Below, piece by piece: positions 40,626 through 49,683 of a stretch of 64,000 nucleotides of DNA. The stretch lies in contig OZ219926.1 in the NCBI GenBank assembly GCA_964291405.2, forward strand, positions 1,344,001 to 1,408,000, written 5' to 3'. The notes beneath the pieces are model-generated. The model was not told the DNA's origin. It saw only the letters and a list, made by a program, of their open reading frames with translations, and did not search any database. The translations under genes were made by a program, and so were the position numbers. This DNA comes from Thermodesulfobacteriota bacterium (lineage in GTDB: Bacteria > Desulfobacterota > Binatia > Bin18). Position 1 is the first letter of the stretch, and every line of letters starts with the position of its first letter.

Positions 40626-41207
40626 ATGGAGCCCAGAAATCCAAGCCGTGAAGAGTTAGCGCAGCGGGTCGCTCGCTTTGACCAACTGCAACCCATGTCT
40701 ACGGCCAAAGAGCTTGCCGACATACCCCAGGAGGCGATGGACATCATTTTTGCCCGCACGCTCATGCCGGTGATCCTGGAAAAGACAAAAAATCCGTTCG
40801 GCGATACGGCCGCGATTTATGGCGCAGCAGGTACCACGATGAACGTCTCGGTCTGCCCGCCAGACCAGGGGCCGTGTCTGCACTCCCATAACCACACCTA
40901 TGAAACCTTCATGGTACTGGACGGTGCGTTTGAGTTCAGCGTGGGTGATGACGGCCAAGAAAAAATCATCCTGAACAAATGGGACGTCTTTTCCTGTCCG
41001 CCAGGCATGTACCGGGGCTTCAAGAATGTGGCCGACACTGACAGTGTCTTGCTGACGGTCATTACTGGGGCGGTGCATGAACGCGACGACGTATCGGTCC
41101 CACCCCAAGTGACCGAACAAGTCCGTGACGGCTATGGCGAAGAGGTGCTCAACGCGTTTAAGAAAATCGCCACGTTCAACGAGCGCGATGAAGGCGAACA
41201 GGCATAA
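40626..41207 (+). CDS. Cupin domain protein
   Basis: 'GP.LH.H..T.ETF.VL.G.F...L..WD..S.PPG.YRGF.N'. Confidence 0.85.
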   Translation: MEPRNPSREELAQRVARFDQLQPMSTAKELADIPQEAMDIIFARTLMPVILEKTKNPFGDTAAIYGAAGTTMNVSVCPPDQGPCLHSHNHTYETFMVLDGAFEFSVGDDGQEKIILNKWDVFSCPPGMYRGFKNVADTDSVLLTVITGAVHERDDVSVPPQVTEQVRDGYGEEVLNAFKKIATFNERDEGEQA

Positions 41208-41240
41208 GCGCAAGCCGTATTAGGAAGAGAAGCAACGAGA

Positions 41241-41425
41241 CTTAGAGCAAATTACGATTCCGTGTAGCCCTTCGACTTCAGGCGCGTTGCGCCTGCCGCT
41301 CAGGACTAACGGTCTGCCGTTCGTGCTGAGCGTAGCGGAGCGAAGTCGAAGCAGGGATGCCGGAGCGCGTCCGACATGACGAGCACGTAACGGCAGGGCT
41401 ACAGCCTATAGTAAAACGCTCTAAG
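41241..41425. mobile_element. MITE-like element with 31-bp imperfect TIRs and internal palindromes
   Basis: Left CTTAGAGCAAATTACGATTCCGTGTAGCCCT vs reverse complement of right CTTAGAGCGTTTTACTATAGGCTGTAGCCCT; inner CTTCGACTTC...GAAGTCGAAG. Confidence 0.75.
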
Positions 41426-41524
41426 CGAGTAGGGTTACAACTGCCCTGCTCATACCCGCGACATAGGCCGCCCTGCTTTCGGCACTCAGTACCAAGCCGG
41501 TCGATACACAGCTCAGAACAAACG

Positions 41525-42055
41525 CCACATCCCGCGCAGCATGACCGGGAAGCCTCCCTCCCGATCGAGAACTACGAAGCGCTGAAACGGGAGGGGTTCT
41601 ATGAGCTGACCATCCCCACGAACTTTGGAGGTGGGGGCGCGGGTTTGCTGGACTGGGTGCTGGCCGTCGAGGAGCTGGCCCAAGGGTGTCCGAGTACGGC
41701 CCTCAGCTTCACCATGCATGCCGCCGGGGTGCGGATTCTCATCGACACGCCCACGACTCCGCCGGCCGCCAAACAGCGCATCGCCCAGCTGGTTGCCAAG
41801 GAACACAAGCTGTTTGCCTCCGCTTTTACGGAACCAGGCTCTTCTAGTCTCCTGATCGGCCTGCCCTTTGTCCCGAGCGTCCAAGCCCGGCGAGTCGACG
41901 GTGGGTACATGTTGCAAGGCCGCAAGGCGTTTACCTCGATGGGGGAAGCCAGTGATTATCTGATGCTCATGGTCCATCCGCAGAAATCATCCAATCCCCT
42001 GGAGATGCTGATGCTCCTGGGGCCGTATCCTGCGCCCGGCCTGCGGGTGGAGCAT
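41525..42055 (+). pseudogene. Internal fragment of acyl-CoA dehydrogenase-family gene
   Basis: 'HDREASLP.ENY..L...G......IP..FGG.G', 'LAQGCPSTAL...MH', 'GGY.L.G.K.F.S'; both ends truncated. Confidence 0.78.
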
Positions 42056-42435
42056 TTAATGCAGCCATTGACGCTTTGATACATGCCCCAGAGAAAGTAT
42101 CGGATTGCTTCGCTGAAGATGTCCTCTGGATTAACTATGTGCCGCAGCATCTGCCTTATGGTGGTGAGTACAGGGGACTTGATGAACTGGCTAAGCTTTT
42201 CGCTCAATATATGGCAGCGCTCGAAATTGGAAAGCTTGAGTTCGATGAATATTTTGTCACTGCAGACAGTGTTTTAATTGTGACGGGGAACGAATGCGAG
42301 AGTCGGGTGAAATCAACCGGAAAGCATTACACTATGCCGTTTGTTTGGGTTGTCCGTTTTAATGAACATGGAAAAATCAACTATGTACGCGAATATAATG
42401 ACACGTACCCGATGGCAGAAGCATTCAAAGCCTAA
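42055..42435 (+). pseudogene. SnoaL/NTF2-family gene lacking its 5' end (AT-richer)
   Basis: 'FAEDV.W....P..LPYGG.Y.G', 'G.E...VKSTGK.Y...F......G.I...REY.DT'; no RBS, fused to ACAD fragment. Confidence 0.68.
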
Positions 42436-42544
42436 ACAGATCAACCAGCAACGTCCCATGTTAGCTCTGTCCAATTATCTGGCTCGAGTGCGAAATTCAC
42501 GCAGGCTGGATACCTGAACCGCGCAAACTCTGAGGAGGAAACCA

Positions 42545-43087
42545 ATGGGTAAACGAGTACGCCGGGTCCTTACCGGCCACAATGCCGACAACAAGTCCTA
42601 CATCATGGAGGACGGTCCCGCGCCGAACCACATGGAGATGGGCTCGATGGCCGGTCTCCTGGTCACCGATATCTGGGAAACAACCACCATGCCGGCGGAC
42701 AATAGCGGCAGTGCCGATAACGCCGACCGCCCCATTCGCCTCGAGCCGCCGCCGAACGGTACCATCTGCCGCGTGGTTGAATTTCCACCGGACTCGACGT
42801 GGAAGAACGATGCCTCCGGTCTCGAAGGATTCGATTCCATCGGCGCCGGGCACGCGGTCAGTAGTGACAGCGACGATCCAATGATGCACGTCACGACCAC
42901 CACGGACTACGCCATCGTCCTCGAGGGCGAAGTGTGGGCCGTGATGGACGAAGGCAAGACCTGCCTCAAGGCCGGCGATATCCTGGTCCAGCGCGGCACG
43001 ATGCATTCGTGGTCGGTGCGAACGGATCAGACCGCGCGTGTCGCTTTCGTCCTGGTGGATGCTGCACCACTGCCCCATCAGAAATAG
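42545..43087 (+). CDS. Cupin domain protein
   Basis: 'VRRV.TGH...KS....DG', 'MH.T.T.DY.IVLEGE', 'L.AGD..VQRGT.H.W'. Confidence 0.88.
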   Translation: MGKRVRRVLTGHNADNKSYIMEDGPAPNHMEMGSMAGLLVTDIWETTTMPADNSGSADNADRPIRLEPPPNGTICRVVEFPPDSTWKNDASGLEGFDSIGAGHAVSSDSDDPMMHVTTTTDYAIVLEGEVWAVMDEGKTCLKAGDILVQRGTMHSWSVRTDQTARVAFVLVDAAPLPHQK

Positions 43088-43240
43088 GCTGCGTGCAATT
43101 CTCCCAGAGCATCAAGATCGCGCGACCGTGTGACGGTACCGTTTGACGAGCAACCGGACAGAAAGTGTACTCAAGAAGAGTGGCGACCAGAGCGTTCTGC
43201 CAGACGACTCTTCCTTTCCCCCCAAAGTCGCCTATGAACC

Positions 43241-44074
43241 TCAGCCGCCGACTGGCCCAAGTGGAACGGGACCGGTTGGGGGATACGAGCCGTCTGTGTC
43301 GTGCACTTCCTGACCGGTCAGCGGTGGGTCGAATACGCTAATGCCGTGAAAATCGCTCAACGCTTTGACGTGATGGCGGTCTTTCGGCCCGACCACATAC
43401 AGGCCGCCGGGACCGATAATATGCACGGCTCCGGTGGCGGAATCGGTCACCTCAAGCGTGCCGTCTAGCACCACGTTTGCTTCCCAGTGGTGTTTGTACC
43501 ACAAGTCTGCTTCCCCGCCCGCTTGCAGGCGGACCGCCGAAAAGGAGAACCCGAGCTGGTCGGCGGCGGTCAAATAGCGGGCCGTGATGGCGACGCCGCC
43601 CGCGATCACCCGCTCCAAGCCCGCATTACGAACATCGGCGAGAGTTCTGACGAACATGCGATCCTGACCTTGAGGAGCATCACCCGTTGGGGGATAGGAC
43701 CCGTCTGCATCGTGGGTCTCATTGCCTTCGAGCGGCGGGGAGAAGACACTGATGACACGCAGGTCTGATGGTTCCTCACAGATGATGCGATGTCGGTCCT
43801 GAGGACCAACGCAATAGAGCACGTCGGGTTCGAGGGGCCAGCGTTCTTCCGTGGCCCGGTTCTCCAGGGTGGCGTTTCCCGAATACACGTAGTTGGCCTC
43901 CCAGTGGTGTTTGTACCAGACATCCAGTGATCCGACCTGCTGTGTCCGGGCTTCAGACACGCTAAACCCGAGTCTATCGGCTTTGGTGAGCAGACGGACG
44001 GCCGTCGCTTTGCCGTGGGCAATCGAGATAACCCGATCATCGGCTTCCAGTTGGTTCATCGTACGAATCAGCAT
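43241..44074 (-). CDS. Tandem ectoine synthase (EctC)-like double cupin
   Basis: Two repeats of 'R.L...D.LGFS', 'WYKHHWEAN', 'LY.VGP.DRH', 'SVF.PPL.G.E.HD.DGSYP'. Confidence 0.8.
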   Translation of the reverse strand: MLIRTMNQLEADDRVISIAHGKATAVRLLTKADRLGFSVSEARTQQVGSLDVWYKHHWEANYVYSGNATLENRATEERWPLEPDVLYCVGPQDRHRIICEEPSDLRVISVFSPPLEGNETHDADGSYPPTGDAPQGQDRMFVRTLADVRNAGLERVIAGGVAITARYLTAADQLGFSFSAVRLQAGGEADLWYKHHWEANVVLDGTLEVTDSATGAVHIIGPGGLYVVGPKDRHHVKALSDFHGISVFDPPLTGQEVHDTDGSYPPTGPVPLGPVGG

Positions 44075-44109
44075 AGTGGTCCCCCTTTGATGGACTCGGT
44101 ACGAACTGG

Positions 44110-44190
44110 TAGCAGGTTAGGGAAGTCGGGATAGTCGATTTCCGTGATTTTTGTAATCGTTGTGTCGCCGACTTTCCATTTGAGATTCGT
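44110..44190 (-). pseudogene. 5' stub of probable metallo-beta-lactamase-fold gene
   Basis: RBS GGAGG then (ACG)NLKWKVGDTTITKITEIDY; start codon mutated, truncated. Confidence 0.4.
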
Positions 44191-44254
44191 ATCGACCTCC
44201 TTTTTTCACGGCATTCGCGTATTCGACCCACCGCTGACCTTGTTGGGAAATACC

Positions 44255-44902
44255 CTACGAGGGGTTTTGCTTTCCCCAGCGATCAAAATGCGTCAGCTCT
44301 TCTGCTGGCCGGCGCGTAATGGGTCCGAACTTCCCTTGAGGGAAACCAATGGGAATGAGCGCAACCGCCCCATAGTTCTCAGGGATACCAAAGTGGTCAT
44401 GCAGCTCTTCTTCAAAGAACATCTGGGCCGTGGTCAGGGTGGCACCCAGACCCAATCCGCGACACGCCAGGAGAATATTCTGCACGCAAGGATACACGGA
44501 GCCGTAAGATGGAGGTGCTTTGCCCACCCGCTGATCCGGGGGTACGGCTGCCGGCCAATCTCTTAATCCGGAGCAGAGGAGCAAGACCGGCACTTCGTGC
44601 ATATGTTCGGACAGATACTGAGCCGCACGACCCATCCGGGCCTGCGAAGAAGGGTCCCCCGGCGCCGGCTGCATTGTGCCAAAGCGGGAGGCTACAGCCC
44701 GGTGGTAGCGCTCTTGTATGAATTTCTTGCCCTCTGGATCCTGCACGACCAAAAACGCCCAAGGCTGAGTGTTTTGCCCGCTGGGAGCTTTTGTGCCCGC
44801 CTCCAACACTTTGCGAATCAGCTCTAAAGGAACCGGGTCCGGCTTGAGCCGTCGCATCGCCCGCATCGTGTTCATCGTCTCAAAAAGGTCTATCTCCGGC
44901 AT
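44255..44902 (-). CDS. Nitroreductase family protein
   Basis: 'T.RAMRRLKPDPVP', 'APSG.N.QPW.F', 'QN.LLA.R..GLG..LTT', 'IPIGFP'. Confidence 0.9.
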   Translation of the reverse strand: MPEIDLFETMNTMRAMRRLKPDPVPLELIRKVLEAGTKAPSGQNTQPWAFLVVQDPEGKKFIQERYHRAVASRFGTMQPAPGDPSSQARMGRAAQYLSEHMHEVPVLLLCSGLRDWPAAVPPDQRVGKAPPSYGSVYPCVQNILLACRGLGLGATLTTAQMFFEEELHDHFGIPENYGAVALIPIGFPQGKFGPITRRPAEELTHFDRWGKQNPS

Positions 44903-44919
44903 GGGTACTCCTCCTTCTG

Positions 44920-45194
44920 TCCTTTTTGCGTTCTGCCAAACCATCGTCATCACCGGCATGGCAACTAACTACTGTTGCATGACGACATCCATCGACACTT
45001 TTAATCGTGATTACGACGTGATCTTCGTCGACGATCTCAATTGCACGATAGCTTCGAGCGACGGGACAGACGCCGCGACGATGCACCGCATCACGGTTGA
45101 GACGCTGAAGGACGGCTTCATCTCCGAGTTGGTTACCGCCGACGATCTCCTAGCGCGGCTCGACGCCGACACCGAAACACGCGCTGCCGTCTGA
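44920..45194 (+). pseudogene. 3' fragment of isochorismatase-family gene
   Basis: 'TIVITGMATNYCC.TT..D.F.RDY.V..V.D'. Confidence 0.72.
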
Positions 45195-45242
45195 TCGGTA
45201 TTGGACTCGTCCCGGACCTGCTGGTGGCGCAAATCGGCTGCA

Positions 45243-45518
45243 CTACACCCCTAACCAATACAGTCCAATAAGGATGACACAGATCGAGACGGCCCACACT
45301 TCAAACGCTATTCGTAGTGGCAATGGCGCCGTTCTGAGTTCCATGAAATCAAGAAAGACGAAACGGATTTTGACAAAGGTGATAATCAAAATGGCGGCGG
45401 TCGCGTAGTGAGATTTCTCCCCAAAACCGAATCCATGCCCAAACTGCCACGACAATCCTGTCGCCACTATCAAGCCGACCCAAATACCGGTCACTCTGGA
45501 TTGAAGCGAAACTGCCAT
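45243..45518 (-). CDS. Cytochrome c oxidase subunit IV-like small membrane protein
   Basis: 'W..L..AT..SW', 'K.R.V...FMELR.AP'. Confidence 0.8.
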   Translation of the reverse strand: MAVSLQSRVTGIWVGLIVATGLSWQFGHGFGFGEKSHYATAAILIITFVKIRFVFLDFMELRTAPLPLRIAFEVWAVSICVILIGLYWLGV

Positions 45519-45521
45519 GCA

Positions 45522-46109
45522 TCACCGCATCAGATACAGCAGCGCGAAAAGCGCGATCCACAAGATGTCCACGAGGTGCCAAAAACACGCCCCGCTTTCG
45601 AGCACGCCCACGCCTTGAGCATCAAATTCCGCATCGCGCACGGACTGCCAGAGGAAAACCAGCACGCCAATCCCAATCACCATGTGCAGCAGATGAATAC
45701 CCGTCATCAGGTAGTAGTACATAAAGAAATTATTCGTCTCTATGGTCAAACCGGCGGCAAACTTTTCGCCCCATTCAAAATATTTGATGACGACGAAACC
45801 AATACCGCAAAGGGTTGCCACCACGAAACAGCCGCGGGCCCGCGAAAGCTGGCCTGCCCGAGCGCCGTGAACGGCGAGTGCGACCAGCCAAGAACTCGTC
45901 AACAGCAGCACGGTGTTGAGGAGCCCGAGGGTTTGGTTCAGCAGTTGCTGCTGTTCGACGAATAACGCGACTTCTTGCGATCGATCGTAGACAAATACCG
46001 AGAACAACAGAGAAAAGACCAGGATGTCGCCGATGATGAACATCCACACGCCGGTTTCGCCAGGCAGGTGCGGCTTGACCGAGTCCGGCAGCGCGGAAGT
46101 TGAAGACAT
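45522..46109 (-). CDS. Cytochrome c oxidase subunit III/NorE-like protein
   Basis: 'HLPGE.G.W.FI.GD', 'NT..LLTSS', 'F..YY..TG.H..H', 'FWH.VD..W..LF.L.Y'. Confidence 0.85.
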   Translation of the reverse strand: MSSTSALPDSVKPHLPGETGVWMFIIGDILVFSLLFSVFVYDRSQEVALFVEQQQLLNQTLGLLNTVLLLTSSWLVALAVHGARAGQLSRARGCFVVATLCGIGFVVIKYFEWGEKFAAGLTIETNNFFMYYYLMTGIHLLHMVIGIGVLVFLWQSVRDAEFDAQGVGVLESGACFWHLVDILWIALFALLYLMR

Positions 46110-46124
46110 TGATGAGTCGTCTTT

Positions 46125-46832
46125 CTAGGCGGCCACCGCCGGTTCAGATTGCGCCTGCTGTTTTATCGTGCCCATAAGGATGAAAGGCATCGCGACATAC
46201 CAGGTAAAAAAGACCAGAAAGGGGACCCACCAGACAAACAAGCCATCCCAGGCGAAAGGCCCCGTCTTGAAAAAGGTCAAAAGCCCGCCAGGAACAAACA
46301 GCACCGCCACCCAGAGATTGTAGTACCCGACCCAACGCGGAAATATCGGCTCCGCCTGCTTATCACTCAAGATACACAGGCCGAGGGCAATGTTCTGGAT
46401 GATGAACGGCGCGAAGGTCATTAACAGCGTGATCCAACCAATATCGTTCAGCATCCGGGTCAGCTCAGGATCGTGATCAGGCCGGAATGCCGCTCCCGTC
46501 CAAAACACGGCTGAAAACACAAACACCAGCGTGGTGACACAGCCAGCGCCAAGTTGCGTGTACGTAAATACGGGGACGAGATCGCCTTCGATACGTTTCA
46601 TCTGCATGGACAGCGCTGCAGCGAACGAACAAATAAACCCGGCACTGCTCATAATCAGCAAAATCCCGAAGCGCATGGGCAGGGTGTTTTCGCGATAGAT
46701 CGTCGCAACTTCTTCGGCGCTGAGGTTCGGCGAAATCGGCGGAATGAAATTCGCGAACAAAAACCCGGCCAGACAAATCACGGCGAACCCTATCGCGGAC
46801 CAGGCACAAATCATTTGGTTTCGAATATTCAT
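46125..46832 (-). CDS. Conserved hypothetical integral membrane protein
   Basis: 'PP.SP......V...Y', 'AAFRP.........ND..W', 'FPRW..Y.N', 'F..GPFAW.G...W'; RBS GGGGGAG. Confidence 0.75.
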   Translation of the reverse strand: MNIRNQMICAWSAIGFAVICLAGFLFANFIPPISPNLSAEEVATIYRENTLPMRFGILLIMSSAGFICSFAAALSMQMKRIEGDLVPVFTYTQLGAGCVTTLVFVFSAVFWTGAAFRPDHDPELTRMLNDIGWITLLMTFAPFIIQNIALGLCILSDKQAEPIFPRWVGYYNLWVAVLFVPGGLLTFFKTGPFAWDGLFVWWVPFLVFFTWYVAMPFILMGTIKQQAQSEPAVAA

Positions 46833-46987
46833 CTCTCCCCCTTTTGAATCTGAGTTGACATTCGAGTTTTGGGCCATCTCGCGCTCATGCCGAAGCAGAC
46901 AGGATAAGCCTAAACCTGCCCATCGCTTGCCGTCAAGCGCTGCCATAAATTAGGTTTTCGTTGACGAGAAATAGCGGCAAAATCAAC

Positions 46988-47053
46988 CTATCCAACCAAG
47001 CCATATGGAAAGATCGGAAAGCGGTATCTCTCCGCGATGGACGATCCGGGCCT
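46988..47053. repeat. Internal piece of the 29615-29730 element plus 18-bp motif repeated at 47838
   Basis: CTATCCAACCAAGCCATATGGAAAGATC (1 mismatch to 29637-29664); GATGGACGATCCGGGCCT vs GATGGACGATCCGAGCCT. Confidence 0.7.
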
Positions 47054-47103
47054 GAAGTTCACTGGCGAGTTTTTTGTGGCGCCGGGAGCCGAAGCTGAAG
47101 GAT

Positions 47104-47168
47104 AATGGTGACGCACCTATTGTTTTAGATTGTCGCAGGGATACTGCAATAAATACGTGCGCCCCATT
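47104..47168. repeat. Degenerate REP-like inverted pair
   Basis: AATGGTGACGCACCTATT ... AATACGTGCGCCCCATT. Confidence 0.5.
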
Positions 47169-47326
47169 TACCCCGCTAACGCAAGCTATCGCTAGACAAT
47201 AAACCTGACACTTTTTTCGATCGGCCGGCGCAAGCAGCGGGAAGTTAGGGTGGCACGCTGCCGGCTTCGGGTCTATAGTGAATCGACCTAAATATAAAAT
47301 TCACCCACCTACCGGGGAGGAGCATC

Positions 47327-47809
47327 ATGGCCCAGCCCGCATATGAGGTAATCGACACGATTGGAAATCTGAGCCCTGCAGAAAACAAGGCCCGTTATCG
47401 CAAGCTTTACATCGAAGAACTGTGGAACGCCGGCAATACGGATATTGTCGATGAAATCATTCATGACGAGGTGGCCTACCATCAGCCGAGCTTCGAGGGG
47501 GACACCCGCAAGGCGGATCTGCCGGGCATTATCCAGGCATTTCACAAGGCCTTTCCGGCAGGCAATTTCACCTTCACGATCGAAGAGCTCGTGGCGGAGG
47601 ACGACTGGGTGTGCGCCTGGCTTTCGTTCGTGGGTAATCAGAAAGATGAGTTTTGCGGAGTGCCTTCGACCGGCAAAACCCTGAAATTCACCGTTCTCGG
47701 CTTTTACCGATTCAAGGAAGGCAAGGTTATCGAATGCCGCAAGCACAACGTCGGCGACAATATCGACTTCGTCACCGCGATGGGAATTAGGGGGCAGCTC
47801 GGCAGCTAA
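47327..47809 (+). CDS. SnoaL-like ester cyclase family protein
   Basis: 'ENKA..R....E.WN.G', 'AFP...FTIE..VAE.D.V', 'G...GVP.TGK......YRF..GK..E'. Confidence 0.88.
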   Translation: MAQPAYEVIDTIGNLSPAENKARYRKLYIEELWNAGNTDIVDEIIHDEVAYHQPSFEGDTRKADLPGIIQAFHKAFPAGNFTFTIEELVAEDDWVCAWLSFVGNQKDEFCGVPSTGKTLKFTVLGFYRFKEGKVIECRKHNVGDNIDFVTAMGIRGQLGS

Positions 47810-47837
47810 TACTGTCGCGCGGCGATCGCCTGCGCGT

Positions 47838-47879
47838 GATGGACGATCCGAGCCTAGGGAAATAGGGTCAGACTCGACT
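47838..47879. repeat. Left end of the CAGACTCGACT element
   Basis: GGGAAATAGGGTCAGACTCGACT vs GGGAAAGTAGAGCCAGACTCGACT at 29615. Confidence 0.65.
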
Positions 47880-47939
47880 TATCTCTCTACAGTTCCTTAA
47901 CTATCATTACCCGACTCTGCCCCAACGCAGATATTCAAC

Positions 47940-48602
47940 TTACGACCTTTCGGTTTTGCCTGCCCGTACGGCCGCTTGCCGTCTCAGAGAAGGCGGGCCT
48001 GTCGATAATCGCGCTTCATCCGTGGGCACGAATGCGCCGCCGACTTTATCCAGCAGAGTCTGGGCGTTCATTTCGATGCCTTCGCCGCCCGCGGCTTTCA
48101 TCGTAGGAAAGTGTTCGAGCAAATTCTCCGCAGCGCCCCGGTAAACGTGCGATGGGTCGCCAGGCCAGGGCGGTAATGCCGCAATTTGTTCTGCATTGAG
48201 GTCCTTCAGGAAATGCCGGGCCTGCGGCTCCATCCGGACAACGTTCGTCAGGCCTTCGAATTCTTTGTACGCGGCCACCTGTGACACGAGAATCCTTTTC
48301 TCGTAGAACGGATGGTCGCCGAACAGCACCGTCCAGCACGCCTTGCAATAGAAACGGGTGGTATCAGCCGACTCATAATTCATGAATGCGCCCAGTTTCT
48401 CTTCGCCCGTCCTGATACGAAAGTCGTTCGGCAGCCAGCAGCAGTCCGCACAGAGGTTGTGTGGATATTCCGGACCGCCGCGCTTCGTCGCATACCACAG
48501 GGCCGAGATACAATCATGGCAACAACATTCGTGTCGGAAAAGCTCTTTGTTTGCGGGGAAGTCGATACGAACGGAACCGCATTTGCACTGAATAGTCGCC
48601 AT
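47940..48602 (-). CDS. GFA-like Zn-binding protein
   Basis: 'C.CGSV', 'CCC.DC', 'RFYC..C.T'. Confidence 0.7.
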   Translation of the reverse strand: MATIQCKCGSVRIDFPANKELFRHECCCHDCISALWYATKRGGPEYPHNLCADCCWLPNDFRIRTGEEKLGAFMNYESADTTRFYCKACWTVLFGDHPFYEKRILVSQVAAYKEFEGLTNVVRMEPQARHFLKDLNAEQIAALPPWPGDPSHVYRGAAENLLEHFPTMKAAGGEGIEMNAQTLLDKVGGAFVPTDEARLSTGPPSLRRQAAVRAGKTERS

Positions 48603-48642
48603 GGTTTTTCTCGTGGGTGAGCCTCTGGATCCAGTCACGAGT

Positions 48643-48840
48643 TTAGACTTGGTGCTTAGCGATCAACTCGCGAATCACGGGGACCAAAGTCGTAGGGACT
48701 TCCATAACCGTCTGATCTGGCTCTTCATAGGCTGCCTCATCTTCTGCGACTGCCTCATCTTCAGATTGCTCCTCATAATGCGCAAGTACGCTTTTCACGC
48801 GGTCTTCATCCCAGCCGGGCGGAAATTTGTTGTGGCTCAT
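48643..48840 (-). CDS. Small acidic conserved protein, probable orphan antitoxin
   Basis: 'KFPPGWDE.RV..VLAHYE.Q.EDEAVAEDEAA...LVP.IRELIA'; start overlaps a basic C-terminal stub (RRRLRRKGKR*) of a deleted upstream gene. Confidence 0.6.
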   Translation of the reverse strand: MSHNKFPPGWDEDRVKSVLAHYEEQSEDEAVAEDEAAYEEPDQTVMEVPTTLVPVIRELIAKHQV

Positions 48841-48994
48841 CGCTTCCCCTTCCGGCGTAATCTCCGCCGAAAAAAGCTGTTGAGATTCTTTTACCATGAT
48901 CCGCTCATACAAAGCTAACGATGAGGATGACCGAACAGGAAGTTGATGTATTCGAGCGAAGCGAACCGCACGGACAAGGCCCGCTTCGGCCTGC

Positions 48995-49290
48995 TTACCC
49001 ACAGACGTTTTGATTGAGATGATCGCGGAGTGTGTCGCCGGTGTATTCGCGCCGGTGCCGCCCGCGCTTCTGCAAGATGGGGACGACTTCGTCGACAAAT
49101 TCTTTGAAGTTGTTCGGCATGACTGTCGGTGTGAGGTTAAAGCCGTCACCACCGGTTTCATCGAGTATGGCTTCCATCTGGTCAGCAACTTGTTCAGGCG
49201 TCCCGACAAGCTGCGGGCAGCCAATCGTTGCCCCGTAGATTTTCCCGACTTCGCGCATGGTCAGTTTGTCTTTGCCCAAGTCGCCGGCCT
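48995..49290 (-). pseudogene. 3' fragment of NtaA/DmoA-type FMN monooxygenase
   Basis: 'VGTPEQVADQME......GDGFN..P......F..FVDEVVP.LQ.RG..R.EY.G.TLR.HL'. Confidence 0.8.
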
Positions 49291-49292
49291 TA

Positions 49293-49516
49293 TACGCGGT
49301 TGTTGGTCTGACGAAAACGGCTGCGCTGGAATACGCCAAGGCCGGCATTCGGGTCAATGCCGTGTGTCCCGGGGCGATTGACACGCCCATGATCGCGCGC
49401 AGCGCGCAAGCCATCCCCGGTTTTGATGAACTCGCCGTCGCCATGGAACCTGTTGGCCGTTTTGGCCAGTCGTCGGAAATCGGGGAAGCCGTCGCGTGGC
49501 TGTGTTCCGATGCGGC
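49293..49516 (+). pseudogene. Internal 3' fragment of an SDR gene
   Basis: 'AVVGLTKTAALEYA..GIRVNAVCPG.IDTPM...P.GR.G...EI..AV.WLCSD.A'. Confidence 0.8.
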
Positions 49517-49683
49517 ATTGCCGACCCAGGAGTTATTCTTTCCGCAACTGCTCGCCAGTCCCGATGTGATCGCCCTCGTCGCTGAGGAAGGGGAGACGCC
49601 CCGTGGGAGAGCGGGTAGCAGGAGAGGGTTGCGCTGTGTTAAAGACAGAACGTGTTAAAGACGGAACATAAGGAGGGGACATA

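Noticed and set aside
48643-49658. ORFs 48643-49224, 48995-49444 and 49257-49658 as full-length proteins
   Set aside because: They are chimeric read-throughs across junctions of unrelated fragments
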